Source: Podarcis filfolensis
Lineage: Eukaryota
DNA length: 64,000 nucleotides
Assembly: GCA_964270895.1 (NCBI GenBank)
Contig: OZ185442.1
Strand: one strand, 5' to 3'
Part shown: positions 33,738 through 47,400 of the stretch, one piece after another
Numbering within the stretch: the stretch's first letter is position 1
Layout of the letters: each line of letters starts with the position of its first letter
Made by a program: the position numbers and the translations under genes
Notes under the pieces: generated by a model
What the model was told of the DNA's origin: nothing
Seen by the model: only the letters and a program-made list of their open reading frames with translations
Databases searched by the model: none

Positions 33738-35789
33738 TTTTTAAAAAGCACGCCTGTCACTATAGCAGAGACTTAACACATGCAGCACGTCCATGTGGCT
33801 TTCCTAGCTTCCACCAATGCAGGCATGTACTAATGAGCAGGAATAAATCCCACAAGACAAATTAAGGGGAAAGGAGTCAGAACCACAACCAGAAATGGAA
33901 GATTATAGCATATTCCCCAAACCCTCTGGGCCCTGGTTTCTTTTCTTGTTTCTTTCAAAGGGCTGAGACAACTGCAAGCTCAGGTAACATTAAAGGAGAA
34001 ACAAAATGTAGGTGGCAAGACAGCCAAGAGTAGTTCAGATTTCTTTCTTATTTCCAAACCTAGCTTGGCCTTGTGACTCACACTTGGCACAGGAAAGTTT
34101 TGGAACAGCCTGACCCTTGCAAGTTAAGGTGGCAAAATCTTTATCCACCAGCAAAACCAAAGATTTTGCCTACTGCTTTGTCAAGAAGTCAACTCACCTT
34201 CTTTGCTTGACTGCAGCAACAATATCTGGCCCTGAGAACATGGAAAACAGACTGTCTCCATTGGCAGAGGAAGTCTCATCACTGGAGCTGGCAGAGTCGC
34301 CCTGAGTACCTGACCAGCTGCTTGCCATCTCCCTGAGATGAGAGCAGGGAAGCAATCAAGAGAAAGAGACAAACAGTAGAGATGTGAGCGGTGGCAGGGA
34401 GGCTCACCACCCTAGTTGCTCTTAAACGTTACTGAACCTTCATAGGGCAAGAAGAAAAATCTCCATGAACGCTAACACTAAAATAAGACTAAACTGACAA
34501 ATTCAGCATCATCTTACAGCATTTATCCCATGGCTTATTCAGGCACTGCATATGGAATCCATATCCCCTCTAAGGACCCAGTACATATTCACTTAACAAC
34601 CCTTTAAAACTGGTATTACTGCAGCGGCAGCCAAGGTGGTGTCCTGCAGATGTTGTGGACTCCAGCTCCCATCAGCTCCAGCCTGCACAGTTAATGGCTA
34701 GGAATGATGGGACCTGGAGTCCAACCACATCAGAAAGGTGCTACCTTGGCTGCCCTTGCATTACAGCCTCAGAACCAAAGCAGAAAATATCAACATGCAC
34801 CATGGAAATGAAGTCCTGAACTTGGAAGAGCTGCAGTATAAATATTATAAACAGGCAACTCCCTGTTTGCACAGGGGTTCCATTCCGGGTCACTGTGTGC
34901 AGAAGGCACACGTAAGCTCATTCTGCCCCCGCACCAACCCCTTCTGGGAACGAAAGCAGCACACGTGTTGGCAGCTGCATATGAATTGGGACCACGCAAA
35001 GTGGTCACGCATACACACACTAAAATTTATACACTACTTGATTGTAAAAAAACCCCCTCAAAGTGGTTTACAAAAAGTTGAAACAATAAAATTGAGAAAA
35101 ATTCACAACTATACTTTAAAACATAAAAAAGTTTGAATACTAAAACAGATTAAAATTACCTCAACTTTCTAAGCATATGGGTAGGTATGTCTAAACAAGA
35201 TATGTAACCGATGCAGCAAAAATCCCTAATTTACTATATTTTACAGCTGCTTGCAAAGCTGGAGGTACACAAGGGTGCCACAGATAGCTCCTTACCCTTC
35301 TGTGAAATACTCTGGGAAAGGCCAGGTTCTGTGCGGGTCGTCAGGATGAGGCCAGTTGCTACGTGTGTTGCTGGGGCGACGGAAGTGCTGTGCTTGCCTT
35401 TTTTGTTGCATGGCCTGACTGACCCCAGCCACATAACGAGCAAACTCTGGATCAGAGCCAACTGGGAGTAAAAAAAGAAACCTGACAGTCAACTATTGAC
35501 ACACTTGGCTATTTCCATTGCAACGATCCGCCATCTACCCCTCAGACAGACAAACAGAGAGAATATGAGAATGTGTACACATGCATACAAACACAATGGA
35601 AGCTAGTCAGTGGTTGGGAATGCCTGTTGAAGTGCTGAAAATTAAGAACTTCACCAGGGAGCGATTTATGTGGGGGCAGGCAAAATATGCTACATAAACC
35701 CCCAACATTGTAGCCACCAGCAGAGTAGAGAGGTGGTGGTGACATCATGCACAGAGGAAGCCCAAGAAATGCTCTGTCTGTGTGCCTGG

Positions 35790-35838
<49 letters not shown>

Positions 35839-38358
35839 AGCTTAGATCCTATTTTAGAATGCACATCAAATAGGAAGACAGATCAATACTACTGAAATCC
35901 ATTCAGTATGCTTAAATCAATAGGAGGATCAAACAAATGAAGAATACAAGTAAGGGAGACAACCCAAAGGAAGAGTCAGGCCATACCTCGGCTCCCCTGT
36001 CAGGTCAGTCATTGCCTCCAACAACATTGTCTCCAACAACATGGAGCCAAAAAGCTGCCCATGTATATTCATATGTAAGTCCATCATCTCCACATATCAT
36101 ACTGCTATGGAACTTGGCAGCACATCAGACCTTTGGGGAAACTAATTTAAGAAAGCCTTTGCTATTACAATGCTTAGCATTACTATTGCTAAGAGAGACT
36201 GCTCTGCATCATAAAGATGGAACAGACTAAAGAATGTCTGAAGGAAGCAGATCCAAGAAATTAAGAGGCACAAAAATCCTGCTGTTAAGATGACTTTGTT
36301 CAAAGGAATGTTCCCCCTCTACCCAACATACTCTGAAAAACCTCAGCAAGGCAAATCTGTTCAGTCCTACTAAGTTGAACAAAACTTGACTAGCAGGATG
36401 GCTAAATTGTGCTACCTTGGGAACAGGAATTGGTTGCCACAGATTTAAGTGAGCTAGAAGGCAGGAAGTGGCAGTGAGAGGTGTAGGGAGCACACTTTCC
36501 CTTTTTACCCACCCCACAGAACACATCTGGGAGGTCAGGGTAGGATGCAGTAGGGAAATTCCTTGTGACTTGTCAACTGTTTGAAGATCTGGACATGGGT
36601 CCCACCCACTAAATTAACATTTGTGTATTTCATAAAATTTATACACCACTTGTTTGTAGAAAACTTACAAAAATAATAAAACAGTAAGATTATCAGTAAG
36701 TTGACATTTTCAAAAATTACTGCCCTCAAAAACTATCTCTCCTCACCCAATATTTGGAAGACTTTTTTTAAAAGTACCCCTGCTGTTGTTTTTGCTCTTG
36801 TAATCCTATAATCTTTCCCATCACCTGCAGAAGACACAAATGGTTTGTGTCTACAGATGGGCAGCATTCAACACATTCAAACACATTACTCAATGAGCAT
36901 GTGGTAGTAGAAGGTTGCATTTACTTAACATGCACACACCTGCAGGATCAAAAGGTAGAAACTCTCCCAACATCCCAAAGATTCCATCACTTTGGTCGCG
37001 GTTTGGCCACGTGTTGTTTCTAGGTCCTTGCTGCTTCTGCCCCAGCATCTCCGACATCACATTGTCCATGTAACTGTTCACAAGACCCAAACTATACAGG
37101 TCAGAGCTCAGATCAGGAAAGGGATGACTGCTCCACTGAGGCATATGAGACAACCCTGGACCAACAGTCTGGGCTGACGGCTGGCTGGAATTGGTTGGCC
37201 ACTTGCCAGGTGGACGCTGCTGCTGCTGCTGGGACCCAATGGGCTGCAGCAGGTGCTGATAGTAATGCATTTGCTGCTGTTGCTGCTGCTGCTGCTGGGG
37301 CTTTTGTGGCTGCTGCTGCTGCTGTTGCTGTGGCAACCCTTGCTGGAGATGGTGCAAAGGCGTGTGAGACGAAGACTGGGACTGCTGTGGCACGGTGGCT
37401 GGCTTCTGCTCTGCTGCTGCCGAAGACGATGCAACCGAGTTTCTTCTTTTCACCAGTGGAGAGGTCTGCTGGGACTTGCCCATGTTGAAACCAGAGAGGA
37501 AATCTATGACCTCCTGCATTTCTTGGTCGGTTGGTAAATTCATGCCTTTGGCATCCTTGCTGTCATCTGCTTTGCTGCCATTACGCCTGTCAAGGAGGAA
37601 CCCATTAACAACCTGATGGCTTCCACTCTGTGCCGTTGCCTGGGCCGACTCAACAGCCCTGGGGAAGTTACCAATGTTCAGAATACTCTGCAATCGGGCA
37701 TCCATATTGTTGGGCATTTTTGCTTTATCCTCTGAGTTGTTAGCTATGAAAAGGTTTTTGGAAGGTGTACTAGGAATGGAGTAACTTCCACTGCTGCTTG
37801 AACTGGAACAGGATGTTTTCTTTGTAAATCGTGAAGTCAGCTTCGAGAAAGTCCTTTGCAATCCACCCGTTGATTTGCTTCCATTTCCAGATGGTAAGTC
37901 AATGTGACCCCCGAAGTCACAGATCTCACGCTGAAGCTGGATCTGAATACACGGCAAAGCCTGCTCTCTGTTTAACAAAAAGAACCCTCTATTTCAGGCA
38001 AAAAAAGCAACATTCACCAACTTCAAAACAACTTTACAGTAATTAGGACTAAGGCATGCAATCTGGAGGTATTGAAAAGTATGATGATGTATAAAACAGG
38101 GGTGCCTAACCATTTTTGAGTTGGGAGTTGCACTGACCCATGGTCAACACCCCGAGGTCTGTTTATCAAAGTGGGAGTGAACAAAGGAGTCATTCTGTTT
38201 TTTGAAAAAGGTCACAAAACCTTTGATATTACAAAATCACAGCAGGACCTGCAAGAGTGGCCAGTAAGATGATTTTTAAAATGACAAATTTTAGCAGGGG
38301 GACCCAACAAAAAACCGTTTGACATCACAGTGGGGTACCTATGGAAGCAGTCATTAAA

Positions 38359-38404
<46 letters not shown>

Positions 38405-41400
38405 TTAAAAAGCAGCAACAACATCATCATCAATAACTTTTTTGAAAAAAAATTGACATAGAGGTAGTGGGGGTCTTTGAGGGCATCATTGGGTGGCGTT
38501 CAAGTAAGTTGTACTCAGCTTAGACGTACTGAAAATAATGGACCTCATTAATTTCCATGGGTCTACTGTGAGTAAAACTTAGTTGAATACTACCCACTGT
38601 ATCAAACCAGGGGACCTATGGAAGTGGTAATGTAGGAAAAAATGTTTATTTTTTTGAAATGGAAAATTTGGGATCTTAGAAGATGCCAAAACAAAGTTTT
38701 GGCATCATGGCATTACAGCAGGGGGACCCATAGCAGCAGTCATTAAAAAAAAAAAGACAAATCTGAGGGGAGGCTCAAAAAACTTTGTGAGCCAGATGTG
38801 GCAACCTCCAGTATAAAAGGTTAACCAAGCTAAGGAAAAATCAAAGCTTTCACAAAACTGTGGATTAGACAGTCCAATATTTATTTATTATTGATATGTG
38901 TGAGCTGCCCCATAACTTAGTTTTTTCACCATAATATGTAAGAGTGTTAAGTATTTATTGATCTTAATTATGTTTTTACTAACCTTACTGTACTCTTGTA
39001 TGTTGTATCCTGCCTTGTTATACAAGTGTGGATTATATATACTTGAAGAAATAAATAAATGTTGCCTCAAGAAATGAACCACTATAAATCTGTCCGGGTA
39101 ATATTAAGCTTCTGAATAGGGCTGGGCGTTGTTGGGTTCTCAAAATCGCAGTATATCGCCAGCCAAACATCAAGGTTTGGCGATAAACCGTGATGTTGTA
39201 AAAAGCTGCATTGGCCCCAGCCTGTGAGGTGTTGGATGAAACTGCTGCAGCTGTCACCATGGGAGCTGAGGCGCTTTCACCTTAGCACCTTGCAGGCTGT
39301 GGCCAATACAGCTGGCCATGGTCTGCTGCTGAGCCGGGGGGTGGTGGCGGGGAGCGGAAAGGCTCCTGCAACTGGCTGAGCGAGCCCTGAGTCCGCACCG
39401 CTCACACACAACCAGCAGGGGGCCCGGGGTTCCTTGGCCAGGCTCTGCTGGGGGTGGGAGGGCACCTGCCCCCAGCGGAGCCAGCCCCGGTGTCCCTGCC
39501 ACTCCCGCTACAGCAGCAAGGACCTTGGGGCTCCTTGGCCAGACTGTTTTTGGTGGCATGGGGGCAGGTGACCTACCATGAATAGGGCGCAAAGCCATCC
39601 TATTCACGCCTTGTGGAAAGGGGCTGCTGGAGAGTGCTGGGCCTGCCAGTAGCATCAAAGAGCCCCTCTGCCACCTGGCTGCCTTCTACCGGAAGGGTGG
39701 GCTTTGTTTTTCTGGGAGGAAAGATGCAGCACACCCTCCCAGACAAGGCAGTCAGACGGTAGCAGGAGCATGGAAAGGGCAGGCTTCCCAGCTGAGCAGC
39801 CCTGATCCCGCTTCTACTCACCAGTGCAGCTTGTTTCTCCCTCTGCCAGGGCAGAGTGCAATGGAAGTTTCACCAGTGGTATATCGCTGGTGAAACTGCC
39901 ACCGCTTGAGTCCCTCTGCCTCCAGCTCCCGGCTAGTTTGTTTCTTCCTCAGTGCACTGGGCACTGCAGGCAGAGGGACTCAAAAACAGTGACTTTCACC
40001 AGCAATATACCGCTGAGTGAAGATGTCATTGCGATCCCCCGCCGGCCCCCAATACCCGTCCTGGGCGATATATTGATATATCGCCCAGTGCTACTTCTGA
40101 ACATGGACCTACCAATGAAAACAGCACAACACAGCCAAGTAAACTGAGAAAATGTTTTGTTTAAACAATGCAGCATGCTCAGTGCTCAACTTCCATCCAT
40201 GCCAGGAGGACACATCAGCCACCCAGCCTGCTGGGTCTATAGTCACGTGAGGTAAAGGAGGTGAGGCAACAGCAGGGAATACAGGCAGCTCCCCTGTGCA
40301 TAGGGGTGAGATTATTATGTTTTTGATTAGTTCCCAGCAAAGGTTGTTGCTTGGAGAGGGGAGTTCCCTCAGTTTTCTATTGGGAGAGGGTGTTGCTTGC
40401 TTGGATTCAACATTATGAGAGGTGATGGGCGATCAAGAATAGGGTGGCAAAGAGAAGCAAATGTTTAGTCAAAGATGGCTTTGTGGGCAAGATGGTGGTG
40501 AAGGAATTTAACAGAAGCAGAAGGGAGCAAGACAAGCAGTGCTTGCCCCATTATCCTGCTCCATCGTTTTAGAGAATTGTGTTTTTTTAAAAATGGCAAA
40601 GCGTTTGCTATTGTTGCTGAAGTTTGTAAAGTCTGGTGGTAAATAAAATACTGTTTTCTCTTACATGGCCGCCAGACTTTCCTGTTTTACTGATAACTGT
40701 CTGGATAAGGTATTTAGGCCTGTTGTTGGACATTTGGTATCACTGGGTATTGAGCTATGCCTCAGCCTAGGACTGAAGGCTAGAGAGGTGGTAATCTTAA
40801 AAGGTGCATCTGGTGAAAAATGTTACTATATGTTGTTGGAGATCAGTGTATTCTGCTAGAGTACTAGCAATCAGGTTATCCTAAAAATAGCAGTATCTCC
40901 CAATTTTTCATTTTTTTGTGTAACCTTCAGTATTTTATGTAATTAATTGTGTTTAACATTGCCTCTTTCCAGTTTATGACTGGATGTTGCCTTTCAAGCA
41001 AGTTGTGTATCTAGTCTCACCAATTATTTTACAGGCCACATTTCTCAATTACATAAAGAGCTTGCATCAAAGTCCACTGAACTCACTACACGCTGGTGGT
41101 CAGGTCTTAAGATCTGAGCTTAAACACATCTAGGTATAGACTGACCTCATTTTTCTCCAGGTGCTTATAATTTATTTGGCAATCTGATGGAACCTATTTC
41201 CAGCCACTGATCAGCCTAAATTTTCCAATTCCCCTGATCTGCCTTCCTTCCTTTGAAAAAGAGAAGGTCAGGGGATTATCCTTTAAAAAGGAAAGAGAAC
41301 TGCACTATGCTTACTCATCTTTGCCCTACTCAGTATAATAACAAGGCAAATTTCTCAGGTTTGCTCTGGCCTGCTCACATTATAGCTGCTTTTTGTGAGC

Positions 41401-44400
41401 ACATACTAACAAGAAGCAGCATTTCACCATTACAAAGTTTTGCAGCAGATTTGCTCTATACTCACAAGTAAGGTCAATACCTCTGGTGAAGTGCCATCCT
41501 GTTCCTGGTGCCATCTCAATCTCACAAGGCCTCCCCTTTGCAGCCTTATCAGTGGTGGCAGGCAGCAGCCATGCAATCTGCTTCTCTCTTTTTTTTTTTT
41601 GTTCCCACAATGCCCAACAATATGTCACTCTGGGAAATTGTGTGAATGTCAAAAATGGCAGCTTCCTATCTACCCACTGAGGCTGCGAGGTGGCCCAGCT
41701 CAGTCCCCTTGAGGCAGTGGGGCTTCAGCAGATGCCCAGCCATGCCCAGGTACTGCTACCAGTACATTCCCACTACTTAGCCTTCAACATTAAGACCTAG
41801 TAGCCTTGGCTGAAACTTGTCATTGCCATCTTCTCTTGTCACATGTGACCGAGTGTTCCTGAATGAGGCATCATCTGTGCATAACCCTTATGTGGTAAGA
41901 GTGCAGCACAAATCATACCTACCTTCCCTCCTTCCAACGATTTAAGTCAAACACTGCAGTATAAAGCACATCCACTAGTCCCAAAGTCTTCTCTGGATCC
42001 AGGCTTCTCTGCAGCAGAGACATTGTTGCAGGATCTTCTTTCAGGCACCTAAGGAAACAATTTTTAATAACAAATCTCCTGTCAACAACACTCACTTTCA
42101 TTCCAAAAATTAATGTCCCTATTTATTTGTTTATTTAAAGCTTGCCTGAGTTTTCCGAAGTAGTAAGTCATAATTACCATGTTGATGGGACTTGAACCAC
42201 AATTCTGGAACCTTCTAAACTGATTTGTGGTGCATATGCTTCTTTGTTTTCAATCTGTGCTGTATCCACAACGACCTATTCAAGAAGAAAAAAGCAGTAA
42301 GCGATAGAGTAAGACGTCACTCCCTAAAACTAGCGAAAGCACCACCCCACTGCTACAGGGGCTGGACATCAGTCTACTGCATTCAACCACTAGGCAAGCA
42401 AGAGGGGCACGTGTAGGGAATTTTAATCGGGGTGCGTGGGTGTAGAAGAATCGTTTCACATTTACTCTGATAAATCCTACAGTGTAACATCTGAAAAGGC
42501 CACTGTTAACTAAAAAGAGGAAGGCTTATTTAAAGATTTTTCAGCTGCACATGATCTGGGCCTTTCCTTTTGTCCTCCTTTTGGGAAGCTGCAACTACTT
42601 GATATCTAGTAAACCATTTTATAGTTCTACCCTCTCAATTTACTACCTATGATTATAAAACAAGTTTTCACAATAAGATTATCCTGCATTCTATCTGGAT
42701 AGTTAAGGTGCTGCAAAATTTGGAATGTTATAAAAAGGAACAGCTTCCTTGCTATCAGCATAGGACAGGGAGACACTGAGGCCTCATAAAGAACAACAGA
42801 GAAATGCCGAGTTCAGAAGTCCTATCCTATGATTTAGTGGAAACACTGCCTGCACAATGCCCATACATTTAAAGGCTCTCCTCCATACCCAATGAAGCCT
42901 TGAGATCTTAAAGTTCAATTGTGGGAGTGTATATATCAGTGGTATTTATTTTCCATATTTTCAGGTAGTTATATACCACTCAATATTCAGGATTTCTAAG
43001 TGGCATTGTAGTATATGCCAACAGCATTTCAACGGATGAGGAAGCACGTTACCAACTCCTTGTGTTTCATTTATCTAAACAAGCTAATCTCACAGTACAG
43101 CCATTTCTCACGCCCAGCCTGGGAAATGACTCCCGACTTCCATTGTTCTGGCTTTACAGATGTTTCCTCCATAACACCCACCTAGAGGACAATCTAAACA
43201 ACGGAAGATAATGTCTCATCGGTACACCAAATTAGAAGCAATGCAAGTAGAACATAAACATGCAGATATCACTGCTTCTATCCAGCAAAAAAGAGGAGTC
43301 TGTGGCAGTTTCTGTCCATCTAATTGAAGTCCCTGCTCTAGTCACATTATCACATGACTTGGGCCAACATCACATATCAAAAATGTGAATGAGAAGACTG
43401 ATGGCAAGAGCAGATTTCTTAAGAGTCTGCACAGGCAGTGTTTTCAAAATGGAAAATTCCAGTTTAAAAGAAATCATAATTGTTGCACAGTACAAGACCA
43501 TAAAATAGCAGCAGCAGCAGCAGCAGCACTATTTGGGGGGCCAATTCCTCGACTTCCCATCAACATGGATTTCTTCTCAGAAAGACAGCAAAAGAACACA
43601 CTGCAGTGATTTCTGCAGGTGAAGCAGCTAACTTTCTTGGCTTGGTACCCCTGGAGGCAAACCACCCCTTACCCCCGCTACTACAACTAAGGCCCTACTT
43701 GCACTTATTCCTTCTTTTCAACTAAGCACTGGTACTTCTCATTTTCTTCTACATAAAGGCAACAATTTCAAATCTCAAACACTTGTTTTATTGCTTATAC
43801 CTTCCTCCAAGGAGCTCTGAGTGGCATTTCCTCCCTGAATCTAAACCTAACACTCCAGTTACTACAACAACTCAGCTCTTGGTTACAGTGACCAGAGTTA
43901 CTTTGAGACTGAGCAGACAAAGAAAAACTACCCAAACCTTGCAATGCCTCTTATTCATTGGAGTCAAGGATCTTGTGCGATAAGGTAGATGGAGATAGTG
44001 ATTCGTGTGATATATAAATAAATATAAATTCCCCAAAACAAAAGGGATCACGGAGAAGCTGGTCAATTAATAGCATCATCTTATATACAAATATTGAGTG
44101 TGGATCCGTATGGAGCCAAATCTGCACCATCCATGCACAAGAGGAAGGAATCAGTAGGCTGGGGCAAACCCCAAGGTTTGTAGAGGTACAAAAGCCTATT
44201 GGGGATGGGGATGAAAAACGCCCAACATGAGTTGGTTGTGCTCAGTGGCCATGGGATACTGACTGTTAGGAGGAAGAAAGCAGATGGGGAAGGAGGGGGT
44301 ATGGAATGGGGTATCCTGGAAAAGGACACAGGTGACTGACTGGCATACAAAACGAAGCACTCTACACTGCAACCATCAGCAACAGGTTCCAACATATAGA

Positions 44401-47400
44401 TGATGACCCATATGTTTTTCAGAACTAAATTATATTTGTCGCATGTCAGCTGTCCCCTTCTTTTTACTCTCCTCACATAGCTGTTCAGCCTGACTCTTTT
44501 GCCTCAGAAGACCTTCTGCCTGGAAACCGCTAGCCAAGGAAGATGGTTTCCATCCATGAGCTGAGTATGCTCCAACTGCTCAGTACCATTACATGGCTCT
44601 ATAGGTCCTCAGTGGGAGCTGCCGCCTTGCAACTACCTGCTGCCAGCAAAGGAGACATGCCCCCTCACCATAATGGGCTGAGTGAGCTCCAGGTGCTTGA
44701 CCCGACTGCCTTGCCTCAGAGTACCAAAGCAGACTCACTACCTGGCAGCACCAGAGAAGACCAAGGATGAGGGCAGGAAAGACTGCCTGAAGAATCTTGG
44801 CACCAAATCGATAAACACACTATTTTGTTTCTTAAATTATGCTTGAACGAGATTATATTGGGCAAATATTTTGGAAGCTGCCCTGAGATATCCTTGGAGC
44901 TGTAAAGAACGATTTAAGTATTCTAAAATCAATACTGTGCACTCATGGCTACTTACCAGCCCAGCTTGGCCAAACAACAACTGTACAGCCGTCTTACATG
45001 CGCCCCGCCATGTAGAAGGGCAAACTTGGTTCAGCACTTCAGTCACAGGAGAGTCATCCCTTGGGGTCACTCCATTATGGCAGCCAGCTTCTTTAATTAG
45101 TTGTATCATCGTGTGCTGCATAAACAAGAACACAAAACGAGATTGCTATGCAGGAAGCAAGCAAGTCATGATACCCTTTCCCCACTCCCCCCACCATGCA
45201 TGCAGGCACTTTGGTAATTAAGCCATATATAAACACCTTACATAAATACTGATGACTGCAGTTATTACTTAAATCAGTGTTCAAATTATGATGGTTCTAG
45301 CCCAACACTTCCCCCCGTGCCTGCTGTTTCCAGGGTCATCAGCACCCTCATTCCAATGGTGATGTCTCTGTTTCATACTATATCTGTGTAGATTCCCTGA
45401 ATTCAGGAGGAAACACACAGCAACCAGGGCTGGGGTTCCAATGGCTTATTAGAAGTAGCATGAGATTATGTGGAATGATAATAAAGGGAAGGCTGCTGAA
45501 GAAGAGAGGCTGGGGTTATCAGATCTATTATTACAAAGAGTGCTGTGGCACTCTAAAACATTTTTTTTTTAAATTATAGAATAGGCTTTCATGGATTATT
45601 GTCCACTTCATTGGATGCATGGATTTTCTAATATGCATGGTATGTGCCGTATATTGGAGAATGGAAGCTTAGATGTTCACAGTGTTAAAATATGTATGTG
45701 TATTTTTAAAACTTCATATTAGAACCAAATAAAGTCTTAACCCAACTACCAGCTTGCTCAAGAATTTCAGAGTTGAAGGCAACACACTCTGGCCACTGCT
45801 ATTGGCCTAGGCCCTTGGGAGGTTGCTTCTCTGCAACTCCCAGAAAGGACATCATTATAAGGGGGAGAGTAGCCTGGTCTCATCCAGTGCGGAGAAAAAG
45901 TTTGTGTCCTCCTCCCTGCCAGACAGAATATTTGGGTCCCGCTGCCAATTGTCCTGGGACTGCAGAAGCAACTGGAAAGGACACTCTGGTCCCAACCATC
46001 GGCCAAAGGAACAAGAGTCACCAACTGAGAGAGAAGAAGAACAAGGGAAGGTCATCCTGGCCCCAGCTGGATTATAAATAGCTCACCCACTTCCTTCTGG
46101 CCTTAAAGAACTGGCCTCCCTCCTACACTATCTCTTCCCTTCCCTTCCATTGAGTGTGCCTTTGTAAGCCCAATAAGATATCCCAGCTGTTTTTAAAACC
46201 AATATAAGTCATTTTGGAAGACAACTGTCTGAAAAGAGGGATAAAATGATAGTAAAAAAAAAAAAATTAAAATTACCCAGACGTGATGCAAAAGATACAA
46301 AATTAGGACAATCCTATCTGAAGCTAACTTTTTATAAAACAATTCACCATGCTGAAGGTTCAAAACATATCTTTGCAGGAAACCTCTTGCACCAAATAGT
46401 GGCCCAAATCCTCTATCATGAATCACAGTTCCCTTTTTTCAAGCCACTGAGCTGTGGCCGATTTCTTTCCATACTAAACCAGGCCAATCCATTCCATACA
46501 CTGCAAAAAAATGTGGCTGACAAAGAACTAGATGCTCTGGAACAGGTAACTCCAGTGCAGCAAGACTGTGCCAACATCATCATCATAGTTACAGCAGCTT
46601 AGAACTTTGCAAGGAGAGACTTTGCTCTTGGTTGTGGCCATATGTGAGGATCTGTCTTCTGTCTCTCTTCACCTCTTCAGAGAGAAGTGAGGAGGCACTT
46701 CATGACAAGCAGAGTCAACATGTATACAGTCATACCTCATGTTATGTCCGCTTCAGGTTACGTTCTTTCAGGTTAAATCCAGCAGCGACCCGGAAGTACT
46801 GGAAAGGGCTACTTCTGGGTTTCGCCGCTCACGCGTGCACAGAAACGCAAAATGACATCATGCGCATGCACAGAAGCGCTGCGGGTTGCGCTCTTTTCAT
46901 GTTGCGAACGGGCCTCCGGAATGGATCCCGTTCGCAACCAGAGGTACCACTGTACACAAAACAAGCCAGCATGTGGAGGGGAAGGAGGAGCATTTAAGAA
47001 AACTGCCTCTAACTTTTGGAGAATGCTACCAGTAAGCTTTAAGGAAACAAGACACAAAGCAGAAAAGATGCATCACCGGGGCTGTTAGTCCCTTCAGCCA
47101 GAAGGGCTACAATTGGCTGAATGTGACCATTAGCTTTTGGAACACAGTTTCGCTTGCAATCCAGTATCTTTTAAATACCAAAACACTAAATATTTACTGA
47201 ATAAACTTGCTAAAGTGGGACAAGGTTTAAAATGCTTGCTTTGCATATCTAGCAACACGGAGCTTGCTACCAACAAAGAAAATATTACTGGGTTTGATAC
47301 AGATTTGGGGTACTTACCGTTTTGAGCTTCAGGTTATCTGCCGCCGACTCATTAAAGGATATTCCTTTTAGGAAGTGGGCACCTATCTGAACAGGAACTG

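Noticed and set aside
33268-33744. 158-aa ORF ending in poly-Ile (also 38212-38433)
   Set aside because: The Ile runs are (ATA/ATT)n microsatellites.
36992-37616. Poly-Ala and poly-Leu ORFs overlapping GARRE1 exon 9
   Set aside because: Alternative-frame or antisense readings of the CAG tracts.
40200-40680. Possible solo LTR (AATAAA ... ttaca followed by tggccgcc, PBS-like)
   Set aside because: No clear tRNA 3'-end complement, no second LTR or TSD, and no gag/pol remnant.
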